A stretch of 64,000 nucleotides of DNA from Candidatus Anstonellales archaeon (GCA_038896535.1 JAWACY010000002.1:32001-96000); one strand, 5' to 3'. Shown: positions 1 to 11,069, numbered from the stretch's first letter. A program made the numbers and translations. Notes: generated by a model from the sequence alone, not told the origin.

Positions 1-270
1 ATGTTAAAATATGGAGCAGATGAGGTTGTGCCAGATGAAGTTTATGGGTTTTTGAAGAATTTAAGGGAATTAAAAGCAATTTCTGGTTGTTTTATTACCG
101 GAGCAGGAGGATACGATAATATAGCAATTATATTAAATAAGCATGCATTAAAAGGCTTGAAAGCATTTGATAAGCTAAAAGATGAGATAATATCAAAATC
201 TGAGTTTGATATTGAATTTTTAGATGTAATGCAAGATAATAGCGGGGCCAGATTTTATGAAATACAATAA
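1..270 (+). CDS. GHMP kinase C-terminal fragment, probably ERG8-like phosphomevalonate kinase (partial, runs off window start)
   Basis: GAGGYD motif III resembles that of ERG8-type PMKs; overlaps the mevalonate kinase gene. Confidence 0.55.
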   Translation: MLKYGADEVVPDEVYGFLKNLRELKAISGCFITGAGGYDNIAIILNKHALKGLKAFDKLKDEIISKSEFDIEFLDVMQDNSGARFYEIQ

Positions 271-1171
271 AGTTAAATCTGCTGGCATGGGAAAAATCAT
301 TTTATTTGGAGAGCATTTTGTTGTTTATGGTAAAAAAGGAATAGTAATGCCATTAACTGATTGCATAAGTGTTGAATTAGAATTTAATAATGGAGAAAAA
401 GATATTATAAAGCCAGCTGGATGGAATAATAAAAAAACAAGAGATGCTTTGAATTATATAAAAAATGCATTTAACATAAGAAATGGGCTTAATATAAGGA
501 TAAATGAATTAATGCCTTCAAGATCAGGCCTTGGTAGTTCTGCTGCTTTTTGTGTTGCTCTTGTAAAGGCTTTATACAGAATACAGGGCATTGGATCTGA
601 TGGGCATAAGATTAAAGAAGAGATAAATAGGCATGCATATGAAATGGAAAAATTTTATCATGGCAATCCATCAGGGATTGACAATACAGCATCTGTATAT
701 GAAAAAGCTTTTATATTCGAGAAAGGCAAAAGGCCGATATTGATTAATAATAACTTAAGCCTTGATTTTGTAATATGTATTTTACCAAGAGAGAAGGATA
801 CAAAATCAATAGTGCAAGACGTTAAAGCATTGAGTGAAAGCAAGCCATTTTATTTTGATAACATTTTGTCTATTTATGATAAAATATTTGATATTGGGCT
901 ATATGGAATAAAAAATAGGGATAAAAGTATTATAGGCAATGCAATGAATATGAATCAAGAAATTTTAGCAGATATTGGAGTTTCAAATAAAAATATTGAA
1001 ATGCTCAGGCATATAGCATTAGACAATGGCTGTTATGGAGCAAAACTTTCTGGAGCTGGAAGAGGAGGGGCCTTTATATCTTTATGCAAAAATAGGAGGC
1101 ATGCTGAAATAATGGGCAGGATATTTAAAAAGCACGGCATAAGATGCTTTTTAAAGACTTTGAAAATATAA
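257..1171 (+). CDS. mvk: Mevalonate kinase
   Basis: GKIILFGEHFVVYG, PSRSGLGSSAA, HGNPSGID, KLSGAGRGG motifs. Confidence 0.92.
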   Translation: MKYNKVKSAGMGKIILFGEHFVVYGKKGIVMPLTDCISVELEFNNGEKDIIKPAGWNNKKTRDALNYIKNAFNIRNGLNIRINELMPSRSGLGSSAAFCVALVKALYRIQGIGSDGHKIKEEINRHAYEMEKFYHGNPSGIDNTASVYEKAFIFEKGKRPILINNNLSLDFVICILPREKDTKSIVQDVKALSESKPFYFDNILSIYDKIFDIGLYGIKNRDKSIIGNAMNMNQEILADIGVSNKNIEMLRHIALDNGCYGAKLSGAGRGGAFISLCKNRRHAEIMGRIFKKHGIRCFLKTLKI

Positions 1172-1205
1172 ATATTGCCTATTATATCATTAATAGGTTG
1201 ATTGA

Positions 1206-1964
1206 ATGGAATATAAGTATAGAATAAAGGCCTTTGCGTTTGATGGGGATGGCGTTGCTTATGTTGGAGATAAACTTATTAAGGAAACAATAAATGCTAT
1301 TAAAGCTTTGCAAAGAAAGGGCATAGCAGTATATATGGCAACCAATACAAGCAGCGGAACAAGAGAACAAGTTTATAAAAGATTAAAAGGCATTGTCGAT
1401 AAAGAAAATATTATTACAGCTGCTGATTTAATGCTTGAGTACATTGAAAAAAATTACAATTACGTATGGGCCATCTCAAATCCAAAAATAAAAAGAGCAA
1501 TAAATAAGCTTGGTATAAAAATTAATGAACATAAGGCAGAATGTGTTTGCATATCATTCCATAGAAGACATGAATTTAATGATATAGCTATAGGGTTGAG
1601 GCTTTTATTAAACAAAAGGCCTTTATTGAGTGCAAATATAGATAGATATTATTTAAGACCAGAAGGTGTTGTGCCAGGCAATGGATTTATTACAAAGGCA
1701 TTTGAATCTGTAGTAAATGTAAAGGCCAAATATTTTGGCAAACCAAACCCAGAAATGCTTTTCAGAATAGCAAAAAAAGAGAATATAAAAATAAATGAGC
1801 TAGCCCTTGTTGGTGATATGATGGAAACAGACGTTCAAGCTGCTAAAAATGCAGGTTGTTTAAGCATATATGTTAATAATGGTGTTTTTCAAGTTATAAG
1901 AGTAAAGCCAGATATAGAGACAAGTTATAAAAGGTTAGAGAGGGATTTATTTTCATTAATATAA
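1206..1964 (+). CDS. HAD-IIA (NagD-like) phosphatase
   Basis: FDGDGV, TNTS, GKPNP, VGDMMETDV motifs. Confidence 0.88.
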   Translation: MEYKYRIKAFAFDGDGVAYVGDKLIKETINAIKALQRKGIAVYMATNTSSGTREQVYKRLKGIVDKENIITAADLMLEYIEKNYNYVWAISNPKIKRAINKLGIKINEHKAECVCISFHRRHEFNDIAIGLRLLLNKRPLLSANIDRYYLRPEGVVPGNGFITKAFESVVNVKAKYFGKPNPEMLFRIAKKENIKINELALVGDMMETDVQAAKNAGCLSIYVNNGVFQVIRVKPDIETSYKRLERDLFSLI

Positions 1965-2021
1965 TTATGCATTAATATAATGCATTAATATAATTATGGT
2001 AGTTATAATTATGGTGGTTCT

Positions 2022-3320
2022 ATGCATGAGATAAGGACAAAAATAATAGCAACAATTGGCCCAGCTATAGAAGAGGAGAGCAAACTTTTACAGATTTGTC
2101 ATTATGCAGACATAATAAGGTTTAATTTTTCCCATGAACCAAAAAAACAGATAAAAAGGCTATCTGTTGTTAAGAAAATTGCAAAGAACATAAAGAAATA
2201 TATAATAACACTTGCTGATCTGGAAGGGCCAAAAATAAGGACAAGAAATGAAGAGCAAATAGAATTAAGTAATAATGCTGAATATGACATAAGTGTATTT
2301 GGGATAAAAGAAAGATTCTTCTACAAGATGCTTGAAGAGGGGGATTTGCTACTTTTAGATGATGGGAAACTTAAACTCAAAATGCTTGACAGGCATAAGT
2401 TTAAGCCTTTGAATAATTACATATTAAAGCCAAATAAAACAATCACAATAAAAGGCAAAGATTTTCCCATATCAGGGTTGACAAAAAAAGATTATGAAGA
2501 TTTAAATAGCCTGTTAAAAGCAGATTTTGATGCAATAGCAATGTCTTTTGTTAAAAATGGCAGTGATGTTGATAAGTTGAGGTTAATAGCAAAAGATAAA
2601 GTAATAATAAGTAAGATAGAAACTGTTGCTGCAGTTAAGAATATTGACGAAATAATAGAAAAAAGTGATGGAATTATGATAGCAAGAGGCGATCTGGCAT
2701 TAGCTTTGGATGAAGAGAAAGTGCCAACAATGCAGAGATTGATAATAAATAAATGCATAGATAGCTCAAAACCAGTCATTGTTGCTACACAAATGCTTGA
2801 TAGTATGATAATGAATCCAACTCCAACAAGAGCAGAAATAAATGATATATATTCAAGTGTTTTACAAGGAGCAGATGCTCTTATGCTATCAGGTGAAACA
2901 GCTTCTGGCGCTTTTCCGGTGGAGTCAATAAAAACTATGTATAAGACAATATCAGAAGCTGAAAAACATGTTAAATATGATAAAGTTTCTGATAATGACA
3001 TAAAAGATAAGATAGCAAGGAATGCTGTTGAACTTGCTGAATCTTATAATGTGCCAATAATAGCCCCTACAGTGCATGGCACTACTCCAAAAAAGATATC
3101 GAGGCAAAGGCCAAAAATTTCTGTTTATAGTGTAACAAATAATGAAAAGACATTTAAATACCTTCATTTCTTCTTTTCTTTAAGGCCAATATTTTTCAAT
3201 TATGAGCCAGTCTTTAAAAAAATCGATAAAATAAAAGCAAAGTTGAATGTTAAGAATGCTGTTTTTGTTTTTGGCTATCCACCAGGAAATCACAATACAA
3301 ATACAATTATATATATTTAA
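2022..3320 (+). CDS. pyk: Pyruvate kinase
   Basis: RTKIIATIGPA, DLEGPKIR, MIARGDL, ATQMLDSM, PTRAE, MLSGETA; GGTGG SD upstream. Confidence 0.97.
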   Translation: MHEIRTKIIATIGPAIEEESKLLQICHYADIIRFNFSHEPKKQIKRLSVVKKIAKNIKKYIITLADLEGPKIRTRNEEQIELSNNAEYDISVFGIKERFFYKMLEEGDLLLLDDGKLKLKMLDRHKFKPLNNYILKPNKTITIKGKDFPISGLTKKDYEDLNSLLKADFDAIAMSFVKNGSDVDKLRLIAKDKVIISKIETVAAVKNIDEIIEKSDGIMIARGDLALALDEEKVPTMQRLIINKCIDSSKPVIVATQMLDSMIMNPTPTRAEINDIYSSVLQGADALMLSGETASGAFPVESIKTMYKTISEAEKHVKYDKVSDNDIKDKIARNAVELAESYNVPIIAPTVHGTTPKKISRQRPKISVYSVTNNEKTFKYLHFFFSLRPIFFNYEPVFKKIDKIKAKLNVKNAVFVFGYPPGNHNTNTIIYI

Positions 3321-3355
3321 GAGTACATATTTAAAAAATTCAAAACAGCATAATA

Positions 3356-4165
3356 ATGTATAAATATATCCAATATAAGGCGGTTTTTATGGCCTTTAAT
3401 ATAACGCATGTCTTAATGCTTTTGTTAGCCTTTTTATTGGTTTTTAATTTAAACGGATGCTTGAATAATATGAACAATAATGAGGTTAATAAAACAAGGA
3501 GCGAAGAGAATATGAGCGAGAAAAACATGCAGTTTAAAGGAAAGCTTCTTGTTGCTCTTGGAGATTCGATAACTGCTGGCACAAATAGTGTTTATTACTC
3601 ATTAAAATCTGAGCATAATTTCGCAAGTTATCTGGCAAAAGATTTTGGCATGGAAATAAAGAATTATGCATTTCCAGGGGCAACAAGCAATGATGTTCTA
3701 AACCAAGCAAAGAATATGGAAAAAAATGTTGAAAATGTTTCAATAATAACAATACTTGTTGGTGCTAATGATATATTTAGAGGATATGATAGAGAGGTAT
3801 ATAGAAATAATTTAAGAGAGATAATAAGTATTGCAAAAAATAAGGTTGGCAGGGATGGTATTGTTATTGTCGTTGGCCTGCCTAATATTGGTTTACTTAA
3901 TAATCTCGAATGCCAAAACCCTCTTGGCTATATTGATGGGAAAATGCAAAACACATTTTTTGATTTTAATGAAATAGCAAAAGAAGAAGTTAATAAAGCA
4001 AAAGATAAAATATCAAGCAGTATAATTTTTGTTGATATATATAATATTAATTATAATGATGCTGATATAGGCATTGATTGTTTTCATCCAGGCAAAAATG
4101 GACATGAAAAAATAAAACAAGCAATAATAAAATCCTTGTCCAGTTATTATAATATTACAAACTAA
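3356..4165 (+). CDS. SGNH/GDSL hydrolase, probable lipoprotein
   Basis: Hydrophobic N-terminus with LNGC lipobox; GDSIT, GANDI, DCFHP blocks; true start probably downstream (MAFNIT). Confidence 0.88.
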   Translation: MYKYIQYKAVFMAFNITHVLMLLLAFLLVFNLNGCLNNMNNNEVNKTRSEENMSEKNMQFKGKLLVALGDSITAGTNSVYYSLKSEHNFASYLAKDFGMEIKNYAFPGATSNDVLNQAKNMEKNVENVSIITILVGANDIFRGYDREVYRNNLREIISIAKNKVGRDGIVIVVGLPNIGLLNNLECQNPLGYIDGKMQNTFFDFNEIAKEEVNKAKDKISSSIIFVDIYNINYNDADIGIDCFHPGKNGHEKIKQAIIKSLSSYYNITN

Positions 4166-4270
4166 CAAATTAACAAGCTATAGCTTTACAACTTAACAAA
4201 TTAACAAATTAATAGCTTAATAACTTAACAACCTAACAACTTAACAACCTAACAACAAGCAAATTAACCT
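4162..4270. repeat. Imperfect ~8-bp tandem repeat (TTAACAAA/CTAACAAC variants)
   Basis: Read directly: ttaacaaa ttaacaaa ... ttaacaac ctaacaac ttaacaac ctaacaac, starting at the SGNH stop. Confidence 0.8.
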
Positions 4271-4824
4271 ATTTCTTATTTTTTATTAGAATTTCTAATA
4301 TTTTATTTGATTTTTATATTATCCCCTTTATTTTATATATTAATTTCATATATTATATTCTCTTTTTTCTATTATTATATTTTATCCTTTTTTTATGCTT
4401 TTCATTTTTTTATGTTTTTTTGTCTAATAGGGTAGCCTCTAATAATAAAAAATGCCTTATTTTTTGCCCTGCTGCTTTGCTATACTTTTTTATGCCTTTT
4501 TCTGCTTTTTTATTGAATAATATTATAATATGTTAGAATTTCTAATATTATATAATCATAATTCATTAATAATGCTAATCCATCAATGCTGCTTATGCTT
4601 ATGATATACAAATCAGATAAAATCAGATAAAATTGATTCAATCGATAAAATAAAGGTATTTTTTAATTAGTTTACTATTAAAGTATAGTAACTTAATCGT
4701 TCATTGCAAAGGCCCCTATATTGCAGGTTTACTGATAAAGTATTGATTTGCAAAATCCTGTAGAGTAATCAAGGTTATTTTGTAAAAACATTCTAAAAGA
4801 GCTTATTTTTTATTCCTAGTTTAT

Positions 4825-5337
4825 TTAAGTGGTATGAGACTTAGGGAAATAATAAATTTTATCTTTCATTCCCATGCTATAACTATTATTGATTGGGTTT
4901 AATGATATTGCAAAAACACCTTTCTCTTCATCAAAATTATCTAAATAAAGAGTATAGACAGCAGGAAATTCAAAGGGCTGAGTTGAATTTATTAAGAATT
5001 TAAATTCTGCTTCATATGGCTCGTTTGCTTTTAATTCAATATCTATTTTTTGTTCAGATAAAGGAATTAAGTTTAAAGGATTAATTGAATCTTGCTTAAT
5101 ATCGCCAACGCTTATTCTTACCTTTGTATTTATATCTGAAGTTAATCTTACAAAAACATTTATTCTATTGCCCTAACTTATATTGCCACTAACAAATATT
5201 TCCATAAAACCATGTCTTTGCCTTGGAAATGATTGGTCTATAAGCCATATATTTGCTCTAACAGCACTATCTAAATCTTTGTCTAATGTTGTATTAAATC
5301 CAGAAAAGCAGCAAAAAACACAAACCTCTTCATCCAT
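4825..5337 (-). pseudogene. Disrupted gene for a beta-rich, probably secreted protein (absent from ORF track)
   Basis: ATG at 5337 reads 170 codons to TAA at 4825 with one in-frame TAG at 5173-5175; signal-peptide-like MKRFVFFAAFL lies in another frame at the 5' end. Confidence 0.6.
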
Positions 5338-5560
5338 TTTTTATCGGGAGTAATGTTTATAAAGGTTTCTCTGTTTTTTATAAGTATTTCTGTTATGGTT
5401 GGATGCTGTAAATTTCCTTTTATAGGATATTTTCTATATCTAAAGACACAACACTACAAACCTATTTTTTAATTTTTTTATGCAGCCATAAATAAAATAT
5501 TAAATTACTTAAATATTGATTTGAAATGTCTTGTTAATCACTTTGTCAATTTATACCTTA

Positions 5561-6679
5561 TTAATCAATTGATACAGCAACAACTCCTATAGGATAAAAT
5601 TTTCCATTATAATATGTTATATTTCTGCTCCCCATAATTTTATCGTCTTCTTTAAGTTTTGTGTGTGCTTTTTTACCTCTACCCATTAGTAAAAATGGTT
5701 TGTTCAAATTTTTCATCAACTCCCAAAAACTTATGACATCTTCTCTAACAGCTTTAATAAAGTGGCCATGTTTTTTATCATGTATGTTTACAGATTCCCA
5801 AAATTTTAATTCTCTTTGTATGACTATATTATTAAACTTCTTAAGTTCTTTGTATATATGTTCAAATTCTTCTTTATAGAGCATTTTTTCTGGGCCGTGT
5901 AACCAATCATCCAGATCGCCGCCAATCAATTTTTCTTTTTTCATAGTGCCGACAAATGTTGTCGATGGCTTAAGGTATTCGACCATTTGCTCAGGTCCAA
6001 CTGGCGGTTTATTCTTGTTTTTGATATTAGATCTTATATTAACTTCAGTAGAGACAAAAACATTAACATTATTATTTAAAGGTAACATGTCCCTAACTAA
6101 AATATAATCCTTTCTTATTTTAGTTTCTAATTTTCCAGTTTGCTGGTTAAATTCGAACTTTTTAAAAAGCCTTTTTTCTTTTTCGCGATTTTTACTACCA
6201 AATCTTTCTAATTCAAATTTCCTATTTATTTCATTTAAAACGCTATTATTTAGCTCCTTGTTCTTAATGAAATAATAGGTAGCAATCAACGCGCCTTTAA
6301 AAGAGCTTCCAGGAATATAACCTAAACCGGGTAATAAAGAGACAGTTTCATATATTTTTGTAGGGTTTTTTACTTCAATATTGTATTGTGGTGGATAATT
6401 CTGCAATTCAATTTTGCTATTATATAATACCCCATACTTTTCGAATAACTTGGTAATAAAAATTCTTGCATTTTCAATATCCCCGTTCAATATTTTGTCT
6501 ACTACTACTTCAAGTTCTTCAAACTTTGCCAGAGCAGTCAATTTTTTAATATCGACTAAGTAATAAGCATTGCCCTTCTTAGTCAAAGAAAAAATTAAAT
6601 CTAGTTCCTCACCAGACCTTATTGATGTTGGTGATAAAACATCTAATCTGATCCTTATTAATTTATTCATTCTAAACAC
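5561..6679 (-). CDS. csm5: Type III-A CRISPR RAMP protein Csm5
   Basis: LSPTSIRSGE, YIPGSSFKGAL, VRD motifs; last gene of csm operon. Confidence 0.85.
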   Translation of the reverse strand: MFRMNKLIRIRLDVLSPTSIRSGEELDLIFSLTKKGNAYYLVDIKKLTALAKFEELEVVVDKILNGDIENARIFITKLFEKYGVLYNSKIELQNYPPQYNIEVKNPTKIYETVSLLPGLGYIPGSSFKGALIATYYFIKNKELNNSVLNEINRKFELERFGSKNREKEKRLFKKFEFNQQTGKLETKIRKDYILVRDMLPLNNNVNVFVSTEVNIRSNIKNKNKPPVGPEQMVEYLKPSTTFVGTMKKEKLIGGDLDDWLHGPEKMLYKEEFEHIYKELKKFNNIVIQRELKFWESVNIHDKKHGHFIKAVREDVISFWELMKNLNKPFLLMGRGKKAHTKLKEDDKIMGSRNITYYNGKFYPIGVVAVSID

Positions 6680-7592
6680 CTCTTAGGTCTATACCAAAAC
6701 TCAAGGTTTTCATTGGAAAAATATAATCTGAACCTGTAAATTTAGAACTAATCTTATAATTTTTCCCTATTATTCCATATTTAATTTCTGAATTAGGGGT
6801 ATTAACTATGCTGCCTTTACCGTACTTAAGTACAGACAGCCCCCAGTTGCCTTTTATTGAATTATAATAAGTAGCCCTTCCAAAAATAACTTTATAGTTT
6901 TGTTCTGGTATAAAATTGCCAAGAGCTACCCTTGTTGTTATACTGTTGTTTATTAAATTAATCACTTTTTCTTCGCTTAAATCATCTATAGATATACTTA
7001 TATTTGATATTGTTGTTTTATCACCACCTAAACCATAATCTTCAAGATCCTTTATCTGGTTTAGAACATCTTTATTATTATAAGCGATCAAAACACCAAC
7101 AAAAATTTGCTTACCATCGTATTCTGACTCTCCTAAATAAACCTCTCTTGTTGTGAAAAGGTCTTCTTTTTTTCTTCCTTTCCTAGTAAAAGATGTAAAT
7201 TCAATAATGTTTTTATTATTAATTCTAAACATTTGAATAACATCTTCACTTAAACTTCCTTTACTAAGAGCAAATATTTGTGATGGAGTTAATAAAGTGT
7301 TCTTATATTGTTTTTTTTCATCGGGTTTTTTATCTCCAAAATTAGGTAAAAATCTCTCTATAAATACATAGCCATTTAATAATGGCTCAGACCCAAAAAA
7401 TAGGGACATATCTGATATTATAAACCCATCGCAAAATTCTTCTATACTTTCAGGCCCTATTTGGCCGTTATTTATGCATATTGATAATAAAGCACTAACA
7501 ATTTGTGTATTTTGCAATATTGATATTGGTGAAGCATACTTAAGCATTCTTGAGTTTAACTTTCCTTTGAATTTTACTATTGCATAATCCAT
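6672..7592 (-). CDS. csm4: Type III-A CRISPR RAMP protein Csm4
   Basis: ISD and GLGGDKT motifs; lies between csm3 and csm5. Confidence 0.8.
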   Translation of the reverse strand: MDYAIVKFKGKLNSRMLKYASPISILQNTQIVSALLSICINNGQIGPESIEEFCDGFIISDMSLFFGSEPLLNGYVFIERFLPNFGDKKPDEKKQYKNTLLTPSQIFALSKGSLSEDVIQMFRINNKNIIEFTSFTRKGRKKEDLFTTREVYLGESEYDGKQIFVGVLIAYNNKDVLNQIKDLEDYGLGGDKTTISNISISIDDLSEEKVINLINNSITTRVALGNFIPEQNYKVIFGRATYYNSIKGNWGLSVLKYGKGSIVNTPNSEIKYGIIGKNYKISSKFTGSDYIFPMKTLSFGIDLRGV

Positions 7593-7604
7593 TATAAAAT
7601 CACC

Positions 7605-8231
7605 TTATTTAATGTCATAAAATTTAATTGTACCATAGCCCCTCGTTCCATTGCCACCTAAATAATCATTTTCTAGTTTATTTAAAGCATTAGTTATATA
7701 TTGTTCAAATTTTTCATCTATTATTATATCTAATCTAAATAATACTCCTGGCTTAACCCTTTCAGTTTGTCTTAAGCCACCTAAAGTTGTACCGCTGATC
7801 CTATCTATTGTGTTTTCAAATTTAACTTCTACTAAGTCTAATGGTGAATCAACTGACTCGCGGGTTAATACCTCTGATATGTATGGAAAATCTTCTTTTA
7901 TTTTGTTTTTTATTTCTTCAGATACCTGAGTTTCGACAAAGGCATCTCTAAATATGGCAGCTCCTGTCTTGGCTTGTTTCCCATCATTACTGACATAACC
8001 AAAGACGTTGCAGATATCACATTTTCCACACTTGCATACTTCTTCTTTGCCAGCCTCTTTTTCAAGTAATGACCTGAGTTTACCCTTTAGGCTACTACCA
8101 GGTATATAAGGATAACCCCAAGGATCTTTTACAACTACGTTGTCAACGCCCCCTATTTCATATTCTGCAGAGCCGCCTATATGCAAACCTGTAACAACTA
8201 ATAGATATTTTTCAACTTTTTTTCTTGCCAT
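7605..8231 (-). CDS. csm3: Type III-A backbone RNase Csm3
   Basis: GLHIGG...IGGVDNVVVKD (catalytic Asp present), PYIPGSSLKGKLRS, CxCxxCxxC, KFENTIDR, YLGGNGTRGYG. Confidence 0.96.
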   Translation of the reverse strand: MARKKVEKYLLVVTGLHIGGSAEYEIGGVDNVVVKDPWGYPYIPGSSLKGKLRSLLEKEAGKEEVCKCGKCDICNVFGYVSNDGKQAKTGAAIFRDAFVETQVSEEIKNKIKEDFPYISEVLTRESVDSPLDLVEVKFENTIDRISGTTLGGLRQTERVKPGVLFRLDIIIDEKFEQYITNALNKLENDYLGGNGTRGYGTIKFYDIK

Positions 8232-8233
8232 AT

Positions 8234-8719
8234 TTACCTACCTCTCGTGTTTGCTTTTGTTTGCAAGTATAAAGTAGTTATATATAAGGCGTCTATGCCT
8301 CTTTGTACTTTTGCACGGTCATTTTTTTCGTTATTTTTTGCAATTTCTGATAAAATGTTTGCTACAATACTTAATGATTCAAATTCCGGGTTACCTTTTT
8401 TCATATTTTTAGCAGCTATATAACTAATTTTTCCAGCATCTATGAGCATTTTTTTAGAATCCAATTTATCTTTACTATCATATATCTTTTTCCATTTTGA
8501 AACCATAGTATGTATCATTATAGTTTTACCTTTTGAAGTGTTCCACGTTTCTAGCCTTTTGATTTTTTCAATCAATTCTGAGAGAATCTTTTCATCCCCA
8601 TTTTCAATATAGTCTTTTATTAAATTTTTTATATCATTAAAGTTGCCCCCCTCATTTTGTCCCCCTCTATTACTAAAATCACTACCAAAACTTCTTCTAT
8701 TTATTTCTCCTGCTTGCAT
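8234..8719 (-). CDS. csm2: Type III-A small subunit Csm2 (Cas11)
   Basis: Small helical protein between cas10 and csm3; ATG at 8719 follows GAGGTGA SD; called mainly by position. Confidence 0.7.
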   Translation of the reverse strand: MQAGEINRRSFGSDFSNRGGQNEGGNFNDIKNLIKDYIENGDEKILSELIEKIKRLETWNTSKGKTIMIHTMVSKWKKIYDSKDKLDSKKMLIDAGKISYIAAKNMKKGNPEFESLSIVANILSEIAKNNEKNDRAKVQRGIDALYITTLYLQTKANTRGR

Positions 8720-8723
8720 ATTA

Positions 8724-11069
8724 TCACCTCTCGAGTAGGATTGCAGTAAAAATAATAGGTATAAATATCTGCCCAAATTTATCATTAATCTCCTTTAGTT
8801 GTTTATAACTACTAAATGATTCACTATTGAGTTTTTTATACCACCCGTAATTTTTATGGCCTTCAATAATCATTTTAACCAGTAAATTTTCTCTTCTAGG
8901 TATTTTATGCTTTGGCAAACCAGAGTAAGCGAGTTTATCATATAAATTTTTCAACCAGTAGAGGAAACTTTTTGAGATTCTTTTCTTTTTGATTAGGTCC
9001 CTAACTTCAGAGACCTTATCCAGAAAAGTTGAATTGAATTCACTCCCAAATTTTAATATTTTTCTTTCAGATGCAATTGGGGCATAACTCAAATAGATTG
9101 AGTTTCTGTGTTGTAACTGTTTTAGTAATTTTAATCTAGTTTCAACTTCATTAAATGCTTTTGCTATTGGGTATCCATCTCTATATAATATATAAGCTGC
9201 TGTGAATGTTATCTCTTTCTCAGGAAAATACTCTAAGTAATGTCTTTGCATTGATTTAAGATGGTTTGATAATTTATTCAGAGCTTTTAGACAGTCATCC
9301 ACCTTACCAGCAAAAATAGCGTCATCCCCGCCTGCATATAACAGGAAAAAATAACTGCCCTTGAACGCGTCCTGAAGCATCTTGTTTAACTCCCTTTTCA
9401 TAAATAACGAGAAAGCAATATTGGAAGATATTGATTCTCTTGATTTTTCTTCATAGCGCCTCCCTAATTTGTCAAAATCTAAAGCAACAATGGCAAATCT
9501 GTTATCCTCCCCGCCATTTAATATATCATCTAATTTATTTTCTATATTATTTGGACTAAGTAATATTTCTACACCACAGTTATTTAGTATTTCTGCCTTC
9601 TTTTTATTATCTTTATTTATTGTATTGGAGTCAATTAAAATTATATAGTCGTTTGTTAACTTTTCTGTATTTAGTTCGTTGAAATTAATAACCTCAAAAT
9701 GTTTTTGTATTTCATATGGGAAGATTAATACGCAACTAGATGAAGAACCGAGTTTAGTGCAATCAACACAAACTTTGCACATTCTAGATTCTTTTTTACT
9801 TTTGGTAGTTATTACACTACCGCAGATTTCACAATAACCGCCCTCAATACATTCAATATTTCCTGTTATTTGATCATCAACATATGTTGATTTTTCTGCT
9901 TTTATTATTGCTTGTTTTATTATTTCATCAAACCCTGAGCCATCTTTGTTAATGTCTGTAAGGTTTGAGCTGCCCATACCTAACTTCAAAAGGTCTATTC
10001 TAAGGTCTAAAAGTAGCAACCTCCTGTAATTTTGTAAAACTTCTGATGCTTTGTTAACTTCTGAAGTAGGTAATAATAACAATGCCTTTCCTGAAGAGAT
10101 CATAACTGCATTTGCTGGTGTTAACCCACAATAAGTAGTAATTTTATAAACTATTTCATAGGTAAGTGTTTCTATATATTTTGATCTGCCTCTAAGAACT
10201 TTTGAACCACCCTTTCCTTTAAAGTCTTTATCTTCTAGCATGTTTATAAAATTCTGAAGTCCCCCAAGCTTTAGCCATACAACAGCAATAGGCCCATGTA
10301 TACCTGAAAATATTAATGAAGAAGCTATTGCAGCAGTTGTTATTGAGTGCGAGTACAAAGATATATGCGGGGCTTTCGACTGCTTATATGATTGAATGAA
10401 AAAAGTATATTCTTTTAGGATGTAAAGCAAGGTCTGGACCCAACCGGCTTTTCTATTATAATTCATGAGATGTTTTTTAATAGATTGGTATACTTCGTTT
10501 GCCGTTGGTTTTGTTTCTCTGTTAAAATCAAAACTTTCATATCCTATAAGAAGAGGTTCAGGATTTTTTATTTTTGATAAATCTTCTAATGGAAAAATCG
10601 GCTTAAGAAGTTTATCGCTGTTTTTTTTATCTTCACTAATATGCGTGTCGTTAGTTTCTGATTCAGGAAATTCAGTATTACTTATATCTCTTTCTCTTGC
10701 GCTCATGTGGTCTGCTTTGATTAAAATCTTCAATAATTTTTTAAGTTCTTCATCAGTTCCATTAATTATTTCATTATAAAATTCGTTTTTTTCACTCCAA
10801 TCAGTGCCTTGTAATTCATGATGTCCCCTTATTAATTTAGAAATTATCAGCAAATCTTCTTTGTGCTCATCAGAAAGGTTAGTTGAGTTACAAGCTATTT
10901 CTACTAGAGCTGCCCCTAAATAATGGTGGTATTTTTTGCCATTATATCTCTCATTGATGAATGCATCGAGTTCTTCAGGAATACTGCCTCCAATTTTTAA
11001 GAATGCTTTACCTATATCGTGCAATAGGCTGGCAACAGTTAATAAATAGATTTGCCTCTCACGATTCAT
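8724..11069 (-). CDS. cas10: Cas10/Csm1 with HD nuclease and GGDD palm
   Basis: LLHDIGK HD motif, ADHMSARER, SLYSHS, LRGRS, CxxC..CxxC zinc finger, DFDKLG and YAGGDD. Confidence 0.96.
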   Translation of the reverse strand: MNRERQIYLLTVASLLHDIGKAFLKIGGSIPEELDAFINERYNGKKYHHYLGAALVEIACNSTNLSDEHKEDLLIISKLIRGHHELQGTDWSEKNEFYNEIINGTDEELKKLLKILIKADHMSARERDISNTEFPESETNDTHISEDKKNSDKLLKPIFPLEDLSKIKNPEPLLIGYESFDFNRETKPTANEVYQSIKKHLMNYNRKAGWVQTLLYILKEYTFFIQSYKQSKAPHISLYSHSITTAAIASSLIFSGIHGPIAVVWLKLGGLQNFINMLEDKDFKGKGGSKVLRGRSKYIETLTYEIVYKITTYCGLTPANAVMISSGKALLLLPTSEVNKASEVLQNYRRLLLLDLRIDLLKLGMGSSNLTDINKDGSGFDEIIKQAIIKAEKSTYVDDQITGNIECIEGGYCEICGSVITTKSKKESRMCKVCVDCTKLGSSSSCVLIFPYEIQKHFEVINFNELNTEKLTNDYIILIDSNTINKDNKKKAEILNNCGVEILLSPNNIENKLDDILNGGEDNRFAIVALDFDKLGRRYEEKSRESISSNIAFSLFMKRELNKMLQDAFKGSYFFLLYAGGDDAIFAGKVDDCLKALNKLSNHLKSMQRHYLEYFPEKEITFTAAYILYRDGYPIAKAFNEVETRLKLLKQLQHRNSIYLSYAPIASERKILKFGSEFNSTFLDKVSEVRDLIKKKRISKSFLYWLKNLYDKLAYSGLPKHKIPRRENLLVKMIIEGHKNYGWYKKLNSESFSSYKQLKEINDKFGQIFIPIIFTAILLER

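Noticed and set aside
2492..3001. Many 60-200 aa antisense ORFs (e.g. 2492..3001, 18607..19209, 41241..41714, 59853..60317)
   Set aside because: Shadow ORFs opposite well-supported genes; Ser/Phe/Leu-rich composition typical of antisense frames
4670..4695. TTACTAT-N6-ATAGTAA inverted repeat
   Set aside because: Short and AT-only; expected by chance
5173..5175. Amber recoding (pyrrolysine or alternative code)
   Set aside because: Single case in an otherwise damaged gene; TAG acts as a normal stop elsewhere and no pyl genes were seen
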